A DNA stretch of 64,000 nucleotides. Origin: an uncultured Sphingomonadales bacterium. Lineage in GTDB: Bacteria > Pseudomonadota > Alphaproteobacteria > Sphingomonadales > Sphingomonadaceae. The notes beneath the pieces are model-generated. The model saw only the letters and a program-made list of their open reading frames with translations. It made no database searches and was not told the origin of the DNA. Of the stretch, positions 57,888-64,000 are shown in pieces. Both the position numbers and the translations under genes were made by a program. The stretch spans positions 140 to 64,139 of the forward strand of contig CAIXXP010000004.1 in the NCBI GenBank assembly GCA_903923465.1. The letters run 5' to 3'. The first letter of the stretch is position 1. Each line of letters starts with the position of its first letter.

Positions 57888-58820
57888 ATGCCGATCTCGA
57901 ACTGGGATGATCTGCGCATCTTCGTGGCGATCGGCCGGGCGGGCGGCATCGCGGCGGCGGCACGCAGCCTCCGGCTGGACCACAGCACGGTCGTGCGGCG
58001 GCTGGCCGGGCTGGAGGCGGCCATGGACGTGCGCCTGGCCGACCGCCTGCCCACCGGCGTGCGACTCACCCCCACCGGCCAGGCCCTGTTCGCCCATGCC
58101 GAGCGCATCGAGGCCGAGGCCATGGCGGCGGACCTCAAGCTGAGCGGCGTGGAGGCCGGGCCTGCGGGCACGGTGCGGCTGGCGACGCCCGAGGCTTTCG
58201 GCTCGTTCCTGGTGGCGCCCAATGTGCAGTTGCTGCATGCCCGCTATCCCGGCATTCGCCTTGAGCTGGTGCCGGAAGGGCGCGCGGTCAGCCTGTCGCA
58301 CCGCGAGGCGGATATTGGCGTGATGCTGGCCCGGCCGCCGAGCGGGCGCTTCCATGTGCGAAAGCTGGTGGATTATGGCCTGGGCCTGTTCGCCACCAGC
58401 CGCTATCTCGAAAAGGCTGGCCCCATCCGCCAGATGAGCGACCTGCAGGGCCACGCCTTCGTCAGCTTCATCGACGACCTCGTCGGCATCCCCCAGTTGC
58501 GCGCGCTGGAGCAGATCATTCCCGATGCGAATGTCATCTTCCGCTCCAGCTCCATCGTGGCGCAGCATCACGCGGTGGCCAGCGGGCTGGGCGTGGGCCT
58601 GCTGCATATTTTCGAGGCCTCGCACGACCCGCAACTGGTGCCGATATTGCCGGACCAGATCGTCGTGCCGCGCAGCTATTGGCTGGTGGTGAATTCCGAA
58701 CAGCGCGCCCTGCCCCGCATTGCCGCGGTACTGCGCTTTCTCGACGAGATCGTGGGCAGCAACCGCGCGCGGATGTTGCCCGCGCGCTTGCCGCAGACCC
58801 CTCCCCCCGCATCAGCCTGA
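57888..58820 (+). CDS. LysR-family regulator, divergent from mmsA
   Basis: NWDDLRIF...STVVRRLAGLE, LTPTG. Confidence 0.93.
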   Translation: MPISNWDDLRIFVAIGRAGGIAAAARSLRLDHSTVVRRLAGLEAAMDVRLADRLPTGVRLTPTGQALFAHAERIEAEAMAADLKLSGVEAGPAGTVRLATPEAFGSFLVAPNVQLLHARYPGIRLELVPEGRAVSLSHREADIGVMLARPPSGRFHVRKLVDYGLGLFATSRYLEKAGPIRQMSDLQGHAFVSFIDDLVGIPQLRALEQIIPDANVIFRSSSIVAQHHAVASGLGVGLLHIFEASHDPQLVPILPDQIVVPRSYWLVVNSEQRALPRIAAVLRFLDEIVGSNRARMLPARLPQTPPPASA

Positions 58821-58835
58821 CGCGGGGACGGGTAG

Positions 58836-59270
58836 TCAGGTCCCCTTGGTTTCGTTCAGGAAGTAGACCTTGCTCTGCCGCCACACGCCGTCCTCCTTGC
58901 GGAATTCGTCGATATAGCGGCCATAGGTGTGGCCGGGCACGTCGTCGGTGCGGCCCTTCATCAAGCCTTGCGCATGCAGCGTCCAGCGGCCCTTCGCGGT
59001 GTCACCGTCAATGTCGATTACCTCGGTGCCGACCGCGTGCCACATCCAGTCGACAAAGGTCGGGTGGTGGTCGACAAACAGGGCGACGATCGCGTCGCGC
59101 CCGCGATAGATATTGCCGTCGAGGTTGGTGAAATCGATCACCGCATCCTCGGTGAACAGCGAGCGCAGAATGGCCTCGTCATCGGGCTGCTTGTCGCGGA
59201 TGATGCGGTCGATCGTGTCGCAATACAGGCCCTTGATGCGGCTGATGGCGCGATAGTCGGCGTCGGACAT
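58836..59270 (-). CDS. SnoaL/NTF2-like protein (BaiE/LinA-like fold)
   Basis: LFTEDAVID, GRDAI, IDIDGDTAKGRW, YIDEFRKEDGVWR. Confidence 0.8.
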   Translation of the reverse strand: MSDADYRAISRIKGLYCDTIDRIIRDKQPDDEAILRSLFTEDAVIDFTNLDGNIYRGRDAIVALFVDHHPTFVDWMWHAVGTEVIDIDGDTAKGRWTLHAQGLMKGRTDDVPGHTYGRYIDEFRKEDGVWRQSKVYFLNETKGT

Positions 59271-59379
59271 GGCTCAGGTCTCCTCGTTGTCTTTTTAGAC
59301 TGGAGCGCATGGTAGGGCGACGGGCCGGGGGCGTAAAGGAAGCTTGTTCGGAAAAGGGAAGGTGCAAGGAGGAAGGAAA

Positions 59380-59556
59380 GGTGCGAGGGTGTTACACCCT
59401 CGCGCTCCCGTTACTGTTCAGTGTTGGGCCACGGGTTCGGCCCGGCGCAAGGTCGCCGCGCCGCAGGCCATAAAGCCGCTTCGCGGCGGGGCGCCCCCTC
59501 GCAGAACATGCGCAACGTCGACAGGTAATGGGAGCGCGAGGGACGAGTCCCTCGCA
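59380..59556 (-). repeat. Dual-hairpin element, copy 14 (D...D)
   Basis: GCGAGGG-tgttaca-CCCTCGC gctcccgttactg ... gccgcttcgcggc ... gggagcGCGAGGGAC-ga-GTCCCTCGC. Confidence 0.92.
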
Positions 59557-59572
59557 TCTTTCCCCTTTTCCC

Positions 59573-61429
59573 CTACCCCTTGTACAAGCCCTCCAGCCTC
59601 GCCCCATACCGCTCCTTGATCTTATGGCGGCGGATCTTGAGGCTGGGCGTCATCTCCTCGCTCTCGATGGTGAAGGGCTCGTCGGCGAAGGTGAATTGGC
59701 GGATTTTCTCGATAACCGAGAGGTCCTCGTTCACTCGGTCTATCGCGGCGCGGATGCGGCTGCGGAAAGCGGGCAGGCCCTGCAGGGCGGCCATGTCGAA
59801 CTTCTCGCCCTGCTGGCGGGCCCATTCCAGCGCCCATTCGGCATCGGGCACGATCAGCCCCACGATATAGGGCCGCCGGTCGCCCATCACCATGGCCTGG
59901 GCGATCTCGGGCTGCAGGGTCAGCATGCCCTCCAGCTTCTGGGGCGAGACGTTGTCGCCCTTGTCGTTGACGATCATGTCCTTCTTGCGATCGGTGATGA
60001 CGATGCGGCCGCCGGGGTCGAAGTGGCCGATGTCGCCAGTGTGCAGCCAGATCGTGCCATCCGGGTCGGGGCGCAGCACGCGGGCGGTCTCCGCCTCGGC
60101 GCGCCAATAGCCTTTCATCACCAGTTCGCCCGCCAGGCAGATCTCGCCATCCTCGGCGATGCGCACCGAAACGCCCTTCATCGGCGGGCCGACGGTGTTC
60201 ATCCGCACACCGGCGCTGGGCCGGTTGACGCTGGCGACCGGGCCGCTTTCGGTCTGCCCATAGCCTTGCAGCAGGGTGAGCCCCACCCCGGTGAAGAAGG
60301 CGCCGACCTCGGGATTGAGCGGTGCCCCGCCGGAGACCAGCGCCTTGATCCTGCCGCCAAAGCGCGCGCGGATCTTGGGGCGCAGGGTATGCTCCAGCAG
60401 GCGATCCAGCGGTCCATCGAGCAGGGCGTGCCCGCCGCGCTGGCGGCGCTGGCTGAGGGCGGTGGCCTTGCCCATCAGGAAGGTGGCCAGGCGGCCCTGC
60501 CTTTCCACCTGGTTGATGATCCTTGTACGCATCACCTCGAACAGGCGCGGCACCACCACCATCACCGTGGGCCGCACCTCCTCGATATTGGCGGAGAGCT
60601 TGTCGAGCCCCTCGGCGTAATAGATCTGCGCGCCCATGCCGATGGGCAGATATTGCCCGGCCGTGTGCTCATAGGCGTGGGACAGCGGCAGGAACGAGAG
60701 GAACACCTCGCCATGGCCGCCATCCGTCACGTCGAAATCCTCCGTCAGCACGCGGCAGGCGCCGTCCACGTTGCACAACAGGGCGCCGTGGTGCTGCATC
60801 ACCCCGCGCGGGGCGCCGCCGGTGCCGCTGGTGTAGATCAGGCAGGCGATGTCATCGCGGGTGATGGTGGCAATGCGCGCGTCGACCGCCGCGCGGGCCG
60901 CCGCCGCGTCCCCGGCCAGCAGCGAATCCCACGAGGGATATTCCACCGCGCCGGCTTGCGTCACGCCAAGCGGCTCCATGCCGATGACATGGGTCGGCCC
61001 GCCGGCGCTGATCACCGCGGGCAGCAGCGGCTTGGCCAGTTTGGGGCCGGAGACGATCACCGCCCGCGCGCCGGAGTTCTCCAGCACATGGGCGTGGTCG
61101 CGCGTGGTATTGGTGGTGTAGGCGGGAACGGTGATGGCGCCCGCCGCCATGATGGCCAGATCGGCCAGGGCCCATTCGGGGCGGTTTTCCGAAACCAGCA
61201 TCACGCGGTCCGGCCCGTCGGCGCCCGCGCCCATGCCCCCGGTTCCGATACCCAGCGCGCGCAGCCCCTGCGCCAGCAGGCAGACTTGCCGGGCCGCCTC
61301 GGCCCAGCTCAGGCTTTGCCAGCGCCCGTCACGCTTGGTCCACAAGAACGGCCTGTCGCCCAGCGCGTCTGCCCGCGAGAGAAACAGGGAAACCAGATTT
61401 GGACAGGTGTCGAAATCGAAATGCTGCAC
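59573..61429 (-). CDS. Long-chain fatty acid-CoA ligase
   Basis: IYTSGTGGAPRG, FLPLSHAYE, GYGQTE, WLHTGD, MTPSLKIRR; GTG start after AGAGGA. Confidence 0.92.
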   Translation of the reverse strand: MQHFDFDTCPNLVSLFLSRADALGDRPFLWTKRDGRWQSLSWAEAARQVCLLAQGLRALGIGTGGMGAGADGPDRVMLVSENRPEWALADLAIMAAGAITVPAYTTNTTRDHAHVLENSGARAVIVSGPKLAKPLLPAVISAGGPTHVIGMEPLGVTQAGAVEYPSWDSLLAGDAAAARAAVDARIATITRDDIACLIYTSGTGGAPRGVMQHHGALLCNVDGACRVLTEDFDVTDGGHGEVFLSFLPLSHAYEHTAGQYLPIGMGAQIYYAEGLDKLSANIEEVRPTVMVVVPRLFEVMRTRIINQVERQGRLATFLMGKATALSQRRQRGGHALLDGPLDRLLEHTLRPKIRARFGGRIKALVSGGAPLNPEVGAFFTGVGLTLLQGYGQTESGPVASVNRPSAGVRMNTVGPPMKGVSVRIAEDGEICLAGELVMKGYWRAEAETARVLRPDPDGTIWLHTGDIGHFDPGGRIVITDRKKDMIVNDKGDNVSPQKLEGMLTLQPEIAQAMVMGDRRPYIVGLIVPDAEWALEWARQQGEKFDMAALQGLPAFRSRIRAAIDRVNEDLSVIEKIRQFTFADEPFTIESEEMTPSLKIRRHKIKERYGARLEGLYKG

Positions 61430-61502
61430 GCCGGTTCCTCTGCCCCTGATTATGGCCATGGGTATAGGTGGTAAACTGGGGGAGGGCAAAGGGGGGAGTT
61501 TC

Positions 61503-61682
61503 GCCGGGGCTAGCCCCCGCACCCCTTAACGTCTCCCGGCGAGAGGCTCGCGCCAAAGGTACCGTCCCGCATAACCTCGCCGCGCCGCAGGCATTCAAAA
61601 GCCCCTGCGCGGCAAGGCACCACGCTGAGGTTGTGGCACGACGCTGACAGTAATGGGGTTTGGGGCCTAAGGCCCCAAGACT
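61503..61682 (-). repeat. Dual-hairpin element, copy 15 (B...C')
   Basis: gccggggctagcccccgc accccttaacgtctcccggcgagag ... gacagtaatggggtTTGGGGCC-taa-GGCCCCAA gact. Confidence 0.9.
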
Positions 61683-61700
61683 CATCCCCTAAACCTTCAA

Positions 61701-62735
61701 CTATTCGCTCCCCACCGCCTCGGCGATGCTGGAAAAACCGTCGCGCCGCATCAGCGCCTCCAGCCCCCCGGTAATGGCCCTGGCGATGCCCGGCCCCTCA
61801 AAGACCATCGCGCTGTAGAGCTGCACCAGGCTGGCCCCCGCACGAATGCGCTGCCATGCGTCCGCGGCGGTGGCGATGCCGCCCACGCCCACCAGCGGCA
61901 CGGCACCCCCGGTGGCCTTGCGGAAATCGCGCAGCCTCTCCAGCGCGAGGGTCTTCAGCGGCGCACCCGACAGGCCGCCGGCCTCACCGCGATGCGGGCT
62001 GGCCAGGGGCGGCCGCGTGATGGTGGTGTTCGAGATGATCAGCCCGCCGAGACGCTTGTCGATGGCGATGCGGGCGATGGCGTCGATATCCGAGGGTTGC
62101 AGATCGGGCGCCACCTTCAGGAACACCGGCGGGGCGTGGGGTCCCACTCCGCGCGCCGCCAGCACGCCATCCAGCAGGGCGGACAGCGCGCCCTCGTCCT
62201 GCAAGGCGCGCAGGCCCGGGGTATTGGGGCTGCTGACATTCACCGCGAGGTAGCTGGCCAGTGGCGCCATCAGCGCGGCCATGGTGGCATAATCGGCGAT
62301 GCGATCGGCCGAATCCTTGTTGGCGCCAATGTTGATGCCGACAATACCGGGCCTGCCCAACCGGGCCGCCAGCCTGCGCGCCGCAACTTCCCCGCCGCCG
62401 TTGTTGAAGCCCATGCGGTTGATCACCGCGCGGTCCTCCACCAGGCGGAACAGGCGGGGGCGGGGGTTGCCCGGCTGCGGCAGGGGCGTGATCGAGCCGA
62501 CCTCGGCGAAGCCGAAACCAAGGCCGAGAATCGTATCCGGCACCGCGCCATCCTTGTCGAAACCGGCGGCGAGACCGAGGGGATTGGGGAAGCTGATGCC
62601 CGCAACACTGGTGGTAAGCGGGCCTGCCGCCGGCGCGGGGCGCCGGCGCGAGAGCCTCAGTGCCGTCAAGGCCAGACCATGCGCGGTTTCGGCATCAAGG
62701 CGGAAGAGCAGCGGGCGGAGGAGGGAGTAGAGCAT
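61701..62735 (-). CDS. pyrD: Quinone-dependent dihydroorotate dehydrogenase
   Basis: GLAAGFDK, NRMGFN, NVSSPNTPGLR, KVAPD, GGLSG. Confidence 0.97.
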   Translation of the reverse strand: MLYSLLRPLLFRLDAETAHGLALTALRLSRRRPAPAAGPLTTSVAGISFPNPLGLAAGFDKDGAVPDTILGLGFGFAEVGSITPLPQPGNPRPRLFRLVEDRAVINRMGFNNGGGEVAARRLAARLGRPGIVGINIGANKDSADRIADYATMAALMAPLASYLAVNVSSPNTPGLRALQDEGALSALLDGVLAARGVGPHAPPVFLKVAPDLQPSDIDAIARIAIDKRLGGLIISNTTITRPPLASPHRGEAGGLSGAPLKTLALERLRDFRKATGGAVPLVGVGGIATAADAWQRIRAGASLVQLYSAMVFEGPGIARAITGGLEALMRRDGFSSIAEAVGSE

Positions 62736-62808
62736 GGCCTTCCGCCTAAGCGGCAAAGGGGTGAGGGGCAAGGGTTGGGAAGAGGGAGCGAGGGGAAGGT
62801 TAAGGGGA

Positions 62809-62999
62809 AGTCTCGGGCCCCGGAGCATTTCTCTCGATAAATGCGATCACTAATGGCTCCACCAAACCCCATTGTCAGCCAATGTGCCCAACCTCGGCGT
62901 CACACTCTGCCGCGTAGCGGCTTCAATAGCCTGCCGCGCAAGGGTGAAGTGGCACGCGCCGCCGACAGGTAACGGGAGCGCGAGGGACGAGTCCCTCGC
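62809..62999 (+). repeat. Dual-hairpin element, copy 16 (altered left end...D)
   Basis: Remnant ccaaaccccatt; core gccgcgtagcggcttcaatagcctg; intact D end GCGAGGGAC-ga-GTCCCTCGC. Confidence 0.82.
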
Positions 63000-63075
63000 T
63001 ATCGTATCCTTTCAAAACCACCTGTAAAAAATTCCCGCACCGCCGCTTGCCAGCCCAAGAAGAGGCGCCTATCTG

Positions 63076-63100
63076 AAACCGGACCGAATTCATCCGATTT
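63076..63100. promoter_or_regulatory. Imperfect palindrome, candidate Rrf2/IscR operator of suf operon
   Basis: AAACCGGAC-N7-ATCCGATTT (arms 7/9 complementary) just upstream of the regulator. Confidence 0.45.
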
Positions 63101-63117
63101 ACTGCGGGCCCCTCCCA

Positions 63118-63612
63118 ATGCGCCTTTCCAGCATGGCCGATTATGCCGTTGTGGCGATGACCGCCGCCGCCAGCCACTGTGGCACCAGCCCGGTGCCGCT
63201 GCCGGGGGCGAAGCGCCGTCCGCCGTTCAATGCCAGCATGCTGGCCGAGGAAACCGGCCTGCCCGCCCCCACCGTGCAAAAGCTGGTGAGCCGGCTGGTG
63301 GCGGCGGGGCTGCTGCGCTCCACGCGCGGGGTGGGTGGCGGTTTGCGGCTGGCACGCCCGGCGGCGGCAATCAATCTGGCCGAGATCATCGAGGCGGTGG
63401 AAGGGCCGATTGCCCTTACCGCCTGCACCAAACACCACGGCGGCGAGACCCGCAGCGACTGCACGCTGGAGGATGCCTGCCAGGTGCGTCCGCACTGGGG
63501 TGTGGTGAATGCGGCGATGCGCGGGGCGCTGGCCGATGTGCCGCTCAGCCGTCTGGTGCGCGGCGTGGAGGCGCCGGCACCGCCCGCCCGGGCCATGGAG
63601 AGCACGCAATGA
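63118..63612 (+). CDS. Rrf2-family SUF Fe-S assembly regulator (IscR-like)
   Basis: MRLSSMADYAV, RGVGGG, EAVEGPIALTAC, three Cys plus His; precedes sufB. Confidence 0.9.
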   Translation: MRLSSMADYAVVAMTAAASHCGTSPVPLPGAKRRPPFNASMLAEETGLPAPTVQKLVSRLVAAGLLRSTRGVGGGLRLARPAAAINLAEIIEAVEGPIALTACTKHHGGETRSDCTLEDACQVRPHWGVVNAAMRGALADVPLSRLVRGVEAPAPPARAMESTQ

Positions 63613-64000
63613 CCGACAATGCCCCCGCCCCCCTGCAGGATTCCCCCCAGCGCGACCAGGCGGCGTATGATGCCGCCGCAAAAGTGGCCGATTACGAGCA
63701 TGGCTGGTCGTCGGATATCGAGACCGACTATGCGCCGAAGGGGCTGAGCGAGGACACTGTCCGCTTCATCAGCGCCAAGAAGAACGAGCCGGAGTGGATG
63801 CTGGAGTGGCGCCTGAAGGCCTATCGCCACTGGCTGACCATGCCGACGCCCGAATGGGCCAAGCTGAACATCCCGCCGATCGACTATCAGGACGCCTATT
63901 ACTACGCCGCGCCAAAGCCGAAGAAGGAACTGGGCAGCCTCGACGAGGTCGACCCGGAAATTCTGCGGGTATACGAGAAGCTGGGCATTCCCATCGCCGA
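63609..64000 (+). CDS. sufB: Fe-S assembly protein SufB (truncated by window end)
   Basis: YEHGW, KGLSEDTVRFISAKKNEPEWMLEWRLKAY, YEKLGIP. Confidence 0.95.
   Translation, partial: MTDNAPAPLQDSPQRDQAAYDAAAKVADYEHGWSSDIETDYAPKGLSEDTVRFISAKKNEPEWMLEWRLKAYRHWLTMPTPEWAKLNIPPIDYQDAYYYAAPKPKKELGSLDEVDPEILRVYEKLGIPIA

Noticed and set aside
5113-62999. Repeat elements as ordinary Rho-independent terminators or IS ends
   Set aside because: They occur between divergent genes and mostly lack U-tracts. carD already has its own terminator before copy 2. No transposase ORF or clear TSD was seen.

Overview
High-GC alphaproteobacterial chromosome segment; gene content and order point to Sphingomonadales, probably Novosphingobium-like (inferred, not checked against a database). 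It spans the replication origin: parB-parA-rsmG-mnmG-mnmE with four parS sites, rho-hemJ-hemE, oriC, then DUF299-maf-aroE/coaE-dnaQ. Core genes continue to pyrD and the start of the suf operon. Two acyl-CoA/beta-oxidation-type catabolic clusters sit at about 1-14.8 kb and 50.5-59.3 kb. No rRNA, tRNA, CRISPR, integrase or transposase was seen. The outstanding unexplained feature is a family of 16 intergenic ~180-bp elements. Each has two inverted terminal hairpin modules drawn from four interchangeable, covarying types, plus a central GCCGCGAAGCGGC...AAAGCCTGCGGCGCGG core. In the copies inspected the flanks show a strand-symmetric compositional 'halo': C-poor/G-rich on the 5' side and G-poor/C-rich on the 3' side, extending into the synonymous codons of adjacent genes. 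One copy lies in the oriC intergenic region and one abuts a parS site. Other notable items are an AroE-CoaE fusion, a shared operator defining a candidate GntR regulon, and split versus fused two-domain acyl-CoA dehydrogenases. Products were assigned from motifs by eye, and start codons were adjusted by RBS and overlap evidence.
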